Origin: Mobula hypostoma
Lineage: Eukaryota
NCBI RefSeq assembly: GCF_963921235.1
Contig: NC_086097.1
Span: 55,988,001 to 56,052,000, forward strand
DNA length: 64,000 nt
Direction of reading: 5' to 3'
Shown here piece by piece: positions 36,585 through 50,390 of this stretch; position 1 is the first letter of the stretch, and each line of letters starts with the position of its first letter. The position numbers and the translations under genes were made by a program. The notes beneath the pieces are model-generated. The model was not told where the DNA came from and made no database searches. It worked only from the letters and a program-made list of their open reading frames with translations.

Positions 36585-37230
36585 AAAACTTTGAAAAACT
36601 TCTACAGATTGTGGTGGAGAGAATATTGACTGTCACTATCACAGCCTGGTATGAAAACATCAATGTCCTTGAACTGAAAATCCTATAAAATACAGTGAAT
36701 ATAGTCCATCAGAGGTAAAGCCTAACCCACTATTGAGCACATCTGCATGGGGTGTTATCGCAGGAAAGTATCACCCATTATCAGGGACCCCACCACCCAG
36801 GTCATGCTCTCCTCTCAGTGCTGCCATCAGGAAGAAGGTACAAGAGCCTCAGTGCCCACACCACCAGGTTTTGGAACAGTTATTAACCCTCAGCCATCAG
36901 ACTCTTAAACCAAAGGGGATAATTTCACTCAACTTCATTTCCCCTTCACTGAAGTGTTCCCACAACCAATGGACTCACTTTCAAGGACTCTTCACCTCAT
37001 GTTCTCCATATTTATTCTCTATTTAATTATTATTATTTCTTTCTTTTTGTATTTGCACAATGTGTTGTCTTTTGTACACTGGTCGAATGCCCAAGTTGGT
37101 GTGGTTTTTAATTGATTCTATTATGATTATTATTCTATTATGGATTTGTTGAGTATCCCTACAAGAAAATGAATCTCGGGGTTGTATATGGTGACTTTGC
37201 TAATAAATTTACTTTGAACTTTGAACTTTG
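36585..37230 (+). mobile_element. Rex1/Babar LINE 3' fragment
   Basis: AGGGACCCCACCACCCAGGTCATGCTCTCC...GCCATCAGGAAGAAGGTACA; (ACTTTGA)n tail. Confidence 0.9.
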
Positions 37231-37915
37231 ATCTTCCCAACTTTTATGTTTTCCCAGAAAACTTTAACTGAGCAAGGGTTATCCAATCTGTTCTGTGAAG
37301 TCATGGGACTTTATCAACCAAATATATGTAATTCTTTAAATATAGCATAAATAACAGTATTGACAGACCTAATATTCCTGCGTGTTGCATTGTATAGGAG
37401 TACGACTAACACAATATATCTTTATACCCAAATAGTACGTAAGACACATTCAAATAGTTCTAATTTGTAACAATATAGTTATTTCTAGACCTCAGAGCCC
37501 CTAGGATCATATTACCATTTCCAAAGAAATTGCAGTGGAATAGGTAAAAGGGTTATCAGAAGTATAGCATTTATCAGGGGCAGCTCGCTTTCTCCTTCTG
37601 GTAAGTTTTTCACCATTGCATAACATAACACACAAATTATAGTAAGTTAGCTTTTAAAAGTCAGAGATGTAAACCTTGATAGTATAATGCCATTATTAGC
37701 AGTGAGCTACATACCTATAAGGTATATTATATAAAGCTTTAAGAACTATGTACATATAAAAGTCAACCATGTTAGAATGGGAATATGTAATATCCAAATA
37801 GGCGAGTGAAAAATAATGTCTGTCAACTCATCTTTCCATGGGATTATGTTATTAGACCAATTTTTTGTGACAGACACATCTCAATCTCTGAGTACAGAAA
37901 ACTACAAATCTTATT

Positions 37916-38320
37916 AATATATCAGTTATTGACATACTAAATGTTCTGGTCCACAAGCTTCCTTGAATTAAACAACTTAGCCAGCGTTGTTTTCTTTAAC
38001 AAGCTGAATTAAATAATCCATTGTCTTATTTTGCACTTCTTCAGCAGCAAAGCAGGAGTTATAAGCCAGCAAGTCTGTGCAATAAACAAAGCTTGTTTGC
38101 CAAGTTGCTCTGTAGGCAGTATATCGTCTTAACTTTAAACTGATTACTGCTTGCCATTTACATTTTAAGAACTGAAGGCTGGCTCCCGTTTATGACCAGA
38201 AGCTAAACAAAGCATATAGTTGGAAGTTTACTTACAACTATTTTACAAGTGGCAGCTGCTGTGTTTAAAAAGTGAGCATGACAAAACATGAGACACCCCT
38301 GACCCAGGAAGCAAGTATCC
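37916..38320. repeat. Diverged direct repeat, copy 2
   Basis: Identical 26-mer at 38140-38165 and 19-mer at 38206-38224; offset 2678 bp from copy 1. Confidence 0.85.
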
Positions 38321-38589
38321 TCCACAGTTTGTGTATTGTTTTTCCATTGATTATATTGTGTTTCTTTGTTCTGTGAATGCATGCAAAACAAGTCTTAAGG
38401 TAGTATATGGTGACGTATACTGTCGTATTTTGATAATAAAGTTACTTTGACCTTCATGTACTGTGTGCCCTCAGATATAATCGCTTCAGTCTGTTTCACC
38501 AATCTTCACCCTTTCTAAATTTTCTGACATACTCTTTATTTTAGAGACTTTAATGACCTCTCCTGCACCTTCCTTCCCTTTTACTTTAT

Positions 38590-39000
38590 GCATTGTTTTC
38601 AAAGCTGTTAAACTCACTACCCTACTATTCAGTTTAAAGCCCTATCAACAGCACTAGTTATGTGATTCACCACGACCCTGGCACCAGCATTGTTCAGGTG
38701 GAGCCTGTCTTATTGCAACAGCTTCCTCCTCTTCTGGTACTGGTGCCAACATCCCACAAAGTCAAAACTATTTCTCCCACACTAATCTTTGATCCACACA
38801 TTTAACTCTCTGATCTCATTAACCCTCATGGGCCATGGCAACTAGATCCATTCCCTCCCACTTCAAATTCCTGTGCAGGTCGGATGAGATGGCACCAGGT
38901 TGGGAACACAGCCTGCAGGTCTCTCGATCCTGTGACAAAGAATTGCATCTATTCCCCTGAATGTACCATCCCCAATTATCACAGAATTTCTCTTCTCTCC
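38590..39000 (-). mobile_element. Old CR1 ORF1 (esterase) remnant
   Basis: Minus translation includes LNVWIKD*CGRNSFDFVG.WHQY...DRLHLN..G...ALN*. Confidence 0.65.
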
Positions 39001-39059
39001 CCCCTTTTTAGTGTCAGTGATCGTTCACTAGAAACAGGAATAGTCAGGAACTTCTACAT

Positions 39060-39265
39060 GCCAGCTTTTCACACACTTTTCACATTCTCTTCATCCTTCA
39101 TCTTTTCTTTGCATCTAAATTCTGCTTATTTAATTTTCCCCGTTCTGATAAAGTATCACTGATCAGAAATGCAAATTCTATTTCACTCTCTACAGATGAT
39201 TTCTGAGTTCTGAGTGTTTCCAGCATTTTCTGTTTCTATTTAAGATTTCCAGTGGTTGCAGTTTT
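39060..39265 (+). mobile_element. Old PLE terminal-repeat remnant
   Basis: TTCTGATAAAG...GAAATG; CTACAGATG...TTTCCAGCATTTTCTGTTTCTATTTAAGATTTCCAG. Confidence 0.55.
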
Positions 39266-42200
39266 TTTTTGTGTTTTTGATTCTGTGTTTTCATGGCAAT
39301 GCTGCATGATTTCTTGTCTCCAGCCGTCTACCCAGAAAACCGTCTTCCCTCCATCTATGAAATTCTTTAAAGATTATGAGTAAAAAAATTTCTTCAAACA
39401 GTCCCCATGATTTTTCCTTTGTTTTCCTCATAGGGGTACTGGAAGAAACATCAGTAATTCCTGAATTCACAGGATTTTTCATACTACTTCTGCCGATAGG
39501 GTATTTAGGCTTCTGCAAGGAAATCAGAATGAACTCATCATTGAAAATGTGCTGCGGCCTAGCTAGTAACAAACTATTTCACAAAATGGAAAAAGCAGTG
39601 GTTAATTGACATTTGATCTCCATGATGGTGTTGCTCTTTAAGTCTTGGACTGTAATTCAGTATTGTATGGTTTGCATAAAGTTCCTTGTATTCTAGTAAT
39701 TAAGTCCTTTTCACAAACTTGTTGCTTATTGCTTGCAAGTTGATTGAAAGAATGAAATAATATTTTCTATTGCAAGAAAATTGGATTTAAACATTGTAAA
39801 TTCCTGTTCTTAATATGGGTTGTTGAGTTTTGTAGCTCAAACTAATGCTGGTTAACAGTAATGCACAAATACAGTAGCAGGCCTTTTAATAAGATTTAAT
39901 ACCAAGGGAACAGACCATCACTATGGAAATTATATGTTACCTCCATAATATTTTTTACTGAACAATAAATGTATCTGTAACAAGATTTGAAAGGGTCTGC
40001 TCTACAAATATTTGTTTAAAATATTGATTAAGGGAGAGGACAAGGAAGTGGGACAAAATACTTCAGCAGATTTTTGCACCATTTTTTCATGTTTTACTCA
40101 CAATATATCAAGGGTTAATAGATTACAAAATATACAAAATGTTATTTTCAGCACTATTTATCATATTTGGATTGCACTGCAATTAAAATTAATTTAGATT
40201 TTTTTAATTGCCCTAAAATGTTCTCATTAACTGTCTAATATATCTTCGGACAAGAGTGTGTACCTTATCTATAAAATACTTAGTCTTTGCTTAATGTAAC
40301 AGGTACCTGTGAGATATGTGGATACCAATCTTCTACTCAAAATTTTCTGGTTTTCTTTCTATAGATTAAACTCATTTCCTAGTCTTATTTCTACGTAGTT
40401 GAATTTATTTTCCACCTGTCCTTTCCCTGCTACAATTTAAAACATACAGAGATAAAATTTCAAAATTTAAAAAATATTCTTGTGTCCTTCATCTTGCAAG
40501 CCATCTTTCTCCTTCAACACTCTGACTCAACGACTGAGCACATTTTTTTTGTCTGTGTGTTCCAAAATGGCCAAATTCCCTAATTATACATTGTGAAAGG
40601 AATTTGCTTCAGTGTAAGATGATCCTAGCGATATGCTAATCCCCTTTTCTGCTTGCTGCTGCCTGCAGCCTGCGTTTAATATTGTTTTTTTTCACTGTAC
40701 AACAATAAAAGTTGAGGCTACAAAGAAAATAAATGGGCAGCTAAGAAGGTGCAGCTCCAACACATGGCAGGGCATTTTTCTCCTCTCCTTCTGGCTGCTC
40801 TTTTGTAGGCAAGTGACAAAATACAGCGCCTTGAAGTCAAAAGCAGAAATCCAACCACCTTAGCAACTTAGTGTGACACACTGGCCCTCACACTGAAGAT
40901 CTATGAATAGTCAGCATCAATAGACAAAACGGAACTAATCTTTTGTGACAGATTTATTCGTTTTCAGGGAATGGCTTGCTAAAGACTCAATGCACTCCAA
41001 GCACATGCATCAACAATGGAGACCTTCTGCATGAAAACACTTGTCAGTCTTACAATTACCCCCGCCTCAAAAAAGCAAGATCAATTCTTAATTATTGTAA
41101 ACATTGAATGGTTTCAAAATAATATTGCCAAAGTTTACAAGTCATATATGCATATTTACAAATTAATGTAGCTGCATGCACAGGGTTATGCCAAAGGTAC
41201 AAGTGAGCCACAATGACCAACACTAGTATTTTTTTTAAAAAAGGCTTTCGAAAATGTTGCTTCTCTCTGCCTGACAGAGCCATTTAAAGCCTGCAGCAGG
41301 CCACAAGGAAATGTGCGAGTTTGTAATGTAGCCTCAGCAGCTGCAGTAGTGCCATTTAAAATTCAGCTTACTTGCAGGAAGAGGGCTAATCCTACCCCAT
41401 AATTCCCTACAGCCAAACTGTCCCCCTCCTTGACTGACAGTGAAATGCAAAGACACTACCATGCTTATCTCACACAACCAGATGGCAGGCTTGGATCAAT
41501 GCACACATGCCACGATCAATGTGAGCGATAAAGATTTAGGAAAACAGTACTACATGCTCCCAGAAAGCTTGTACACTGCATAATTATTTTATGATTCTAC
41601 ACATGGTTACATATGATACTGAAGTCGAGGAGGAAGGTGATAATGAGAATGACAGAAATAATTTTTTACTTGTACTTTAAAACACTGTGAAAGCCAGCAG
41701 TCTGGCATATGGTAGTCACGTTGCCTTTCCATCAAACTTATCAAATGCTTAAAGGATGTCGCAAGATCTCTTTAAGCCTTGTGTTAGAGAGCAGTAAGGT
41801 TTATGTTTTTTTTTTGAAAATGAACCTAATATTGATTATGTTGCTGTAATGAAATGTCATTACTTCACTGTAAAAGTCAAAAAGAGCTGGTGAAAAGGAA
41901 TCTATTACACTCCATGCACATGAAGAAACCTTCAGAGGCTGCTGTTCATGATCGAAAGGGCATCCACAAAATTCTTTGATCTCTGATTGTAGAATTTAGG
42001 AACTAGCCAAGTCCAGGCACATAAATCAGCTGATACACATTTTACCTTAAAGCTGTTTATTGTGCAGCAATGCATGCAGTGGGATGCGTGATGTGCTTTT
42101 GCCTAACCATAGGTTCCTTATTCTTTGATCCCATCACTCATTGCCCTATTAAAATCTATTCCTACTACAATTTTTTATCTTAAATACAAGCATATGGAAT

Positions 42201-43559
42201 GTAGCTGTGGATACTGCACTTGGTTTCTGTAGTGTTATATCTCTTGCCAAATCTGAAGGCAGGTGTTAGGCATTACAATGTAGTAGAAATTACATAAATT
42301 GCTCTGTTGGCAAAAATCAAAAAGAAGCTAATTAAGCTATTATAATAAGTGAGTGCTCTCAAGCTGGTTTACCTGGTTTTACAAGATTCGTTTGCTTGTG
42401 TGGGAAGGATTCCTGAGTGGAGCATTCATCCACTGCACTGCCACAGTCTGAGTGCTGAAGATTTCTGGGTTAGCTGATATCTACATGTAGTGTAACTCCA
42501 GCAAAAAAAGATCAAATGCAAGGAATAAAAGCAATGTAGCAGTTATGATGCTTTGACAGGACAGGGTTGATGAGAAGCCAACAGGGAATTGCTAAAGGAG
42601 GGACATTTCTGGTGGCCTCTATAAACAGGAAATGGATTCCATTGACTGACTGCAGTTTGTAATGCAGTTTTTGGGAGGTCAAACATTTATCCTTTAGAAC
42701 CAAGCAAAACATTTGTGTTAAATGTAAGAGCAGTTATAGCATCTTGAACTAACGCAAGCTTATATGCTAAGGGCCATATAGACAGAGGGCGCCACCAAGA
42801 GGATTCCTTGTAATGCTTGTCATTTTGATTGCAGTAGTTTGAAGATCACAGTGCACTGACTGAGGCCATTGAACAGAACATCAGTCAGCTGAGCAGAAAC
42901 ATAATCACTTCCCCTTTGCTGATTTTATTTTTATAACCCCAAGATCACTCAACCTGCAGATCCTAGAAACACATGGATACCTGAAAGTTGATGTTGCTGA
43001 TTCTTTCCTGGAGCTTTTTATGGAAATATATTTTTACGCTGCATGTAAGTCAGTGGTAAATAATCACAATGGGAGTTTAGGATCCTTCCTGCAGCAAATT
43101 CAAAAAGCTGCATTTTCCAATAGGTTGACATTCAGCCTTGATCCTTGAAATACCATTAACGTCACAAAACAAACTAAGTCAGAAGTTTCAGTGAAGCTGT
43201 GCAGATTGAGCGAAGACAACCATGGCCTGAGTGATATTACTTCCTTTTTTTTAAATCTTGCTATGAGGTAATGGGCTGAAAATAATAGTTCTGTCTGCTG
43301 CCTTCTTCAGATCATTCTTAATGGCATTCAGACTGCAAAGCACAACTAGCTCTGATGAAGGCTTTCTTTTGAAACATTAAGCTAACACTGTTTACAAAGC
43401 TGATTGATTTCATGTAATTTTTAAAACCATTTCTAGTTAATTCAGATCTGGGACATTTATAGGTTTAGTAGAACTCTAATGCGCTACTTCAATAACTTAT
43501 TCCTGGATGCCTTTCCTGAATAATTGTACATTTAGCTGTCATTGTATAGCAAAGGCTTT

Positions 43560-44035
43560 ATGCTAAATCTTTCCTAATTGCCGCTCAGGCCACAATTGGA
43601 AAATTATGCCCAACTTTGGCAAGAATGTTTGGACTTCAGATAGCGTTGCAGAGGAGATTTACTGAAATGTTTCTGTGGATGTGGGGTGATTAAATATACA
43701 GGAATTTTGCTCAGTGTCCACAGAGCAGATTAAGGAGATATTCAAGAGAGGTACCAACAATTATGAACCATTCTAATAGAGGAGATGATGATAAATTGCT
43801 TTCAGAAGTCATTATTTAAGGTAGTTGGCAAAAAAAGAGAAAGGAAGGGAGGAGATTTTGTCTATTTGCATAGTAGACAGAAATAGGTTTAATGGTAACT
43901 TTCTAAAGGAAATCAGACACATAATTACAAAGAAAAATAATTGTGGAGTTATTCAGGAAGAGCAAAATGGTTGAACCAATTAGATAGCACAGATCTGAAA
44001 GAGCTAATGGACCTCCCTTATTGTTGCATGATTTG
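43560..44035 (+). mobile_element. Ancient CR1 3' remnant
   Basis: CAGGCCACAATTGGAAAATTATG (RP.LE.Y), GTTGCAGAGGAGATTTACTGAAATG (QRRFT.M), AGATTAAGGAGATA. Confidence 0.6.
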
Positions 44036-46804
44036 TTACAAGAATATGCTGTCTCAATCACTCTCTGTGGTAAATATTCCAAACTTCAAATATGCCAAAG
44101 AAAATGCATCAATTTTACACTTATGACTTCTTTCCCCCTGTATTGGAGGAAAGAGGTTTTCTCTTGTTAGTCTTTCAAATTCTTTATACTTCTTTTTATA
44201 ATATCTGTTTTCCATTTCAACCTTTCACTCCCAGTATTTCAAGTCTCACAGTCCTGGCAATATGTTTCCTTTGCTCTCAAACACACTGAGGCATTCATCT
44301 TTACAGATGGTATTTCTTCCACATGGTACAGAAAGGCCCACAATTATTGTGCGAGGACCTCCAGGAATGGAGGCTATTCTACGTCATTTAGTAAGGATAT
44401 CGCGATGTTAACTGCTGGTGAGCTGCTCTCTAATGGGTTTATGTGACACTCTGTAGCATTAGTTCGGATAGTACTTTGTGTGAATGGGTGACTCCGTGGC
44501 TTTTACAGAATAGATGTGAGCCAGGGTACTGTTTTGCATTCATTTCTGCTGTCTGTTCTGCAATTAATTTTTTTCAGGTTATCTACCATGACTGATAACC
44601 AGAGGAAAGAGACAATGCTTAAGATGCACTTAAAATTTGTGCCTATTTTAAAAGTGGGGAACTCTGCCTGTTTGCATGTTCTAAGGAGATTCCTATTGAT
44701 ACAGAATACCAGGTTAACTTTCAGGCCTATAAATTACTTCATGCATGCATTGTACTTGTAACCAAACGTAAACAATGTGCTGATCCTTGATTATAAATTT
44801 AGGAGGTTTATTTTACTTTGAATGAAATCAAATAATAATATTTGATGATTGATCACAAATTAAATCAGTTTTTAAAAATTTGAGTGTTTATTCTGTGCTG
44901 TCTGTTTTCCCCATGAGTTACTGTTGTGTATTTTCAATTAATGGTGGAGTTAAATTGCAGTGATACCAGTTTCCCCACATCCCAGCAAGCCTACTGACAG
45001 AGTTGTCTGTCATTTTCTTTTTTGATCACACATCTGTTAACTTGACTAGATACTTTAGCTAAATCAACGCTGACCTGGTTTAATAGTTGAAGCCACAACT
45101 TTGAAAACAGTTTTTTAAGCTTTCATGTTGGTGACTGAAGCGTTAAACTTTCTAATTACTTATATCCTTTCCATAGTTTTGTGCTTGGCCTACATTTCTG
45201 CAGACATCTCACGTAACTGATGAGACAGAGGGAAATCAGAACCTATCATATGTCTTTGATGATTGTGATGTTTCTTTAGTTCATCTGCATCATGTATAGC
45301 CTCATAGCAAATTATTTACTTGAGGGTAAAGTATTTTGCAACACTGTTGATTTTAATTTTAGCTGTGTAACAGGGCCATTGATGTCAGCCAACGTGATGG
45401 TTTCAACAAAGTGATTCTCAAGAAGTCAGGATTACAAGTATTTCAATTTAGCAGCCGTGATTTTGCTATTGTTTAATTCATTTCAACCATTGATTTGTGC
45501 AGCAATTAATCAGACATACATATAAGCACATTAAAACTTAATAATACATCCTGTCAGGCAATACTTAGAACAAATCCATTCTGCTTCAATTTCCAACAGC
45601 ACCTCTCAAACATACAGGCAGCAAGAAGGTCATGCTAACCAGCCACGTGACAACACTGCCAAATGCAGATTTTCATCTGTCAACTACCTAAGCAATAGAA
45701 TTGTGGCAGTATCTTGCTCAGAAGGACTGCAGCAATTTGAAGTGTCTCATTACGAAGTTCTCAGTGTTGGTTAGGGATGCACAATGAATGCTGGCCTTGT
45801 CCTTAAGACTGTAAGGCAAAACAACAGAATTATGCCATTCGGCCCATTGACTATGCTCTGCCCTTTGATCATGGCTGATTTACGTTCCCCTTCAACTCCC
45901 CTTACCAGGAGAAGGCATGAGAATGAGGTCAGGAGGGGAACAATTATGCTTACATTTCATCAAGTGAAAAAAAAGGCCAGAACATCACAATGGTGGTTCA
46001 TTGAAATATGAAATAAACTTAAATATTTCAAGGCTGAGACCAGAACACAGCTGTACTTTATATCTTAACTTTAATTTAAAGATTTTTTTCGCTGGATTTA
46101 CTAAAAATTAACATTGGTATTTATAGATTTTAATGAATTTATGTAGCCTCGGTGACAGTTACCACATCAGATTTACAGAGGTGGGAAGAGAGATGGAGTC
46201 TCCATCACTTCCTTGAAATCACAGTGTTTGGAGGAATGGGAACTGAGAAGCTTTTCACTTCCCGACAGAGTGAGAAAGGATTGAAATAAGAAGATTCAAT
46301 TGAATCATGAGAAATATGCAAGTGGTTTTCCAAGACATTTAGCATTCAGATGAAGAATTCCATAAACCATAGCATCATAGAGTAACACAGCAGGGAAGCA
46401 AGCCCTTCATTCCAACTTATCCATGCTGGCCAAAGTGCCTGCCTAAGCTGGATCTAATTCCCTGTGCTTGGCCCATACCCTTCCAACCCTTTCCAGTCAT
46501 ATATTTATCCAAATGTTCTGAGATTATGACCACCATATCAAACTAAGAAATAGGAGCAGATGGAGGTTTTCGGCATTTGTTCACCAACCTCATGTCGACT
46601 AGTTGCAAAGATATTTAGAAAATCATTGATTGTTTCCCATTTATTGGCAAGTCCACAACTGAACCTTACTTGGATCTGCAGCACAGGAAGCCATTTCACC
46701 CAACCTGGTTTTATTCAGCATAGTGCATGCTTCTGTTAACCATAGCTAAATGACTGCTGGTATGCATTATTAGTATCTTGCAAAATCATGCAAAGTAAAA
46801 ACCC

Positions 46805-47088
46805 TTATTTCATTTATTTATTGAAATACAGCATGGAATAGGCCTTCTGGTCCTCAGAGCCGCACCACCCAGCAGTCCTCTGATTTAACCCGAGCCCAAT
46901 CACGGGACAATTTACAATGACCAACTAACCTACCAACCAGTGCGTCTTTGGACTGTGGGAGGAAACCAGAGCACCCAGAGAGAACCCATGCAGTCACAGG
47001 GAGAATGTACAAACTCCTTATAGGCAGCAGCAGGAAATGAACCTGGGTCATTGGTACTGTAAAGTGTTGTGCTTACCACTACGCTCCA
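46805..47088 (-). mobile_element. V-domain SINE (HE1-like)
   Basis: Homologous to 19985-20258; GGACTGTGGGAGGAAACCAGAGCACCCAGAG. Confidence 0.85.
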
Positions 47089-48524
47089 CATATTGATGCT
47101 TTCAATTTTTTCCAAAGCACTGCTAGCTCTGGGTAAAAAAAATACTTCAGATTTTCACATTCAATAATTGTAATATTGGACGTAGCATCATCCTGAAAAA
47201 ATACATTCTTGGATCAAAATTATATTTTTGTTTTAATTTTTATTCTTGTATCTAGTAATATGGGGTGGGGATGACCAGAACCTGGTTTCAGACATTAGAA
47301 TCTAAATGTGGGCAGATTCTGCTTATCTGAGGCAAATGGGTATCTAGTGTGACTGCAGTTTGAATATCTTTTTTCTCCACTGTTACATGTGTCTTATTAG
47401 TTTACATTTATAAAGAGATCAGAACTGTGTACAATAAATTTGAATGAATTTATAGCTATTTAGATTACCTTGTTATATAATAATTATAAATTTCAATTAT
47501 AGAAGAATAAAGTCATAAAACAACTACATACTCTACAAAAGTAGTTTAATTCTAAGATGTTTTACATCTATCAACTTTAAACATGGCCTGTAGAAATAAC
47601 ACTGTTAAGGAGGCTGGAATAGACTTTGCTTTTGTGAAAAGGAACTAACATATTCTGGAACCTTATACTAATCCTTGTTTTGAGTTGACTGATGTAGATC
47701 GGATTAGCAAGACTTACCTACCACCCACCAAACATAACTTCTGAGACAACTCGACAGAATCTGTGCAGTCCAACAAACACATACAGCAGATGAATGAACA
47801 GCAATCAGTATTAGACATTGAAGAAGGGTTTGCTTCACACGTAACACTGAAAAGAAAACTCTAAACAAGCTTTAATAATACATGTGTAAATAAAATTAAT
47901 GATCACAGAATTTGGGAACTCCTGTTTGTTATTGCTTAAAGACCTGTTTATTAATGTTTGAAGGCCTTCCTTCTCTTGATACAACATTTCTAACACATTT
48001 CTATTGAAAATTAAACCTCATTTCATACAACATTGAAAATTAAACCACATTTCACACAGCGTGTTGAAGTGGCAGTGGAGATTTTAGTTACATGGCTGAA
48101 TAACAGGGAAGTTTCATCCATACCTGAATTCCTCCAAGCTGAAATAGCCACCATACTGCAGTATTTTATAACATTTGGTGGGCAAGTTCATTTTGAATTA
48201 AAAAGTAGTGACAGAGATGGCTACCGAAGCCTTTAAACTGCTAATCAATATAGAAAAAGGAGTTCAAAGAAATATGGTCTTTGTCAAATTAGAGAGCAAA
48301 GTTATGTAAGTTACTGTATTTAGACTCCCATAATTTGAAGCAGCAAGTGAGGCTTGACAGTGATGCAAAGCCCTGCAAATTAATTGTGCAAGTTCTTAAG
48401 TGTGTACTCACTATGCCCTATGCATTGTCTATTATTATACATTGAGCCAGGGATCTTGACATAACACCTTAAATCATTCACTTTTAGAATTAAGTGGTTT
48501 CAGGCATTAGGCATTCACAAGACA

Positions 48525-49905
48525 AGGGAACTATAAACCAGCGACAGGAAACTACAAGTTGGTGAACCTGCAGGTTGTAGGGAAGCTACTGGAGGGCATT
48601 CTGAGAGACAAGATCAGTCATCACTTGGATCGTCAAGGCCTGAGCAGAAATAGTCAGCATGGTTTTGTCCATGGAAAGTCATATCTGATGAATCTTTTGG
48701 ATTTTTTTCAAAGAGGTAACTAAGGGGAAAGAGGGCAGTGGATGTTTCTATGTGGCTTTAGTAAAACCTTTGACAACGTCTCATATGGCAGGCTTATCTG
48801 GAAGAATAGGTTGTATGGGATTCAGGAGGAAGTAGTGAGGTCCATTCAGAGTGAGCTTGATGATAGGAAGGATGGCTGAAGGCGGTTCTCTTACTGGAGG
48901 CCCATGACTAGTGTGGTGCCCCAGGAGTCAGGTTGGGACCTCGGGTTTTCATTATTCATGTAAATGATTTGGAAGTGAATGTATGTGGCACGATTAGCAA
49001 GTTTGTTGATTTTACCAAATCAGGGGGTCTCATTGATAGTGAAGCAGGTTATAGTGAATTACAAAGAGATCTTGATCAGTTAGGGAGATGGGCTGAGGAA
49101 TGGCAAATGGTTTTCAACTTAGATAAGTGCGAGGCAATGCACTTTGTGCATTCAAACCAGGGTAGGAACTATAGAGAGAATGGCAGGACACTGACCAGTG
49201 TTGTGGAACAGAGGGACCTTAGGAGTACAAGTGTTCAGTTTTCTGAAAGTGGTTGGCTGTGCAAGCAGAATATGTGGTGAAGAAAGCGTTTAGCATGCTG
49301 TCCTTTATCAGCCAGGGTGCTGACTTTAGGAGTAGGGACATTATCTTGCAGTTATATAAATCATTCGTGAGACAGCACTTGCCTTTTGTACAGTTGTCAT
49401 CACCCTGTTATAGGAAAGAAATTGGCAAGCTGGAGAGGATGCTGAGAAGATTGACAAGGAAGCAGCCTGGACTCGAGGACCTGAGTTATAAGGAGGGGTT
49501 GGCCATGCCTGATCTTTATTCATTGGAGCATAGGAGAATGAGGGGTGATCTCGTAGAGGTTTATAAAATCATGAGAGGTATGGATAAGATGGAAGGTCAT
49601 TGTCTTTTCCTCAGGGTTGGGGAGTCCAAAATTAAAGAGCACAGATACAAGATAAGAGAGGAGAGATTTAAAAGGGACCTAAGAGGTAACATCTTTTCAG
49701 AGAGGATAGTGAGTATCTGGAATGAGCTGCCAGAGGAAGTAGTGAAGGCTGGTACAATTGCAACATTTAAGAGGCCTTTGGATAGGTACTTGGTGGGGAT
49801 TGGCTTGGAGTATTAAGGGCTGAATGCCAGCAACTGGGTCGAGCAGGAAGGATGAGGTTGTCAGCATGGGAAGAAAGGCCTGTTTCCATCCTGTGACACT
49901 ATGAA
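48525..49905 (+). mobile_element. CR1 RT-to-tail fragment, decayed
   Basis: ORFs 48933-49280 and 49253-49816 (ISKFVDFTK, RRMRGDLVEVYKIMRG, WNELPEEVV). Confidence 0.9.
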
Positions 49906-50104
49906 GATAATTAATGTCATTTTCCATCTCTGTGTCAAATATTGACACAATTCAGGTAAGTTGTACCCATCCATCCCATTCTTAAATTTTAATGGACAGA
50001 ATCAACTATTCAAAAAGAAATTGTCTATATTGCAAAACTGTCTTTCCCTTTAGTATTGAGAAATATGTTGCAGTGGATTACATCCATAAATGTTCCATTA
50101 AATA

Positions 50105-50390
50105 TAAAGATTATCTATATTTGTCACATGCACATCGAAACATATGGTGTTTGCACCAATGACTAACACAGTCTCAATCTGTGCTGAGGATAGCCCACAG
50201 GTGTTGCCACACTTCTGGTGCCAACGTAGGATGCCCACAACTTACTCACCCTAACCTGTACGTCTTTGGAACGTGGAAGTGAACCTGGGCACTTAGAGGG
50301 CACCCAGGTGATCATGGGGAGTTAATACAAACTCCTTACAGACAGCGGTGGGCATCGATAATTTACGCTAACCACTAAGTTGCCATGCCA
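50105..50390 (-). mobile_element. V-domain SINE variant with a Rex-like tail
   Basis: GTACGTCTTTGGAACGTGGAAGTGAACCTGGGCAC...ACAAACTCCTTACAGACAGCGGTGGG; left part TATTTGTCACATGCACATCGAAACAT resembles a Rex1-type tail. Confidence 0.6.

Noticed and set aside
39291..39609. Overlapping ORFs with acceptor-like sites on both strands
   Set aside because: No convincing donor and no recognisable peptide.
48002..48060. Short local tandem duplication (~29 bp); a similar one lies at 61381-61425
   Set aside because: Ordinary slippage duplications with no further structure.
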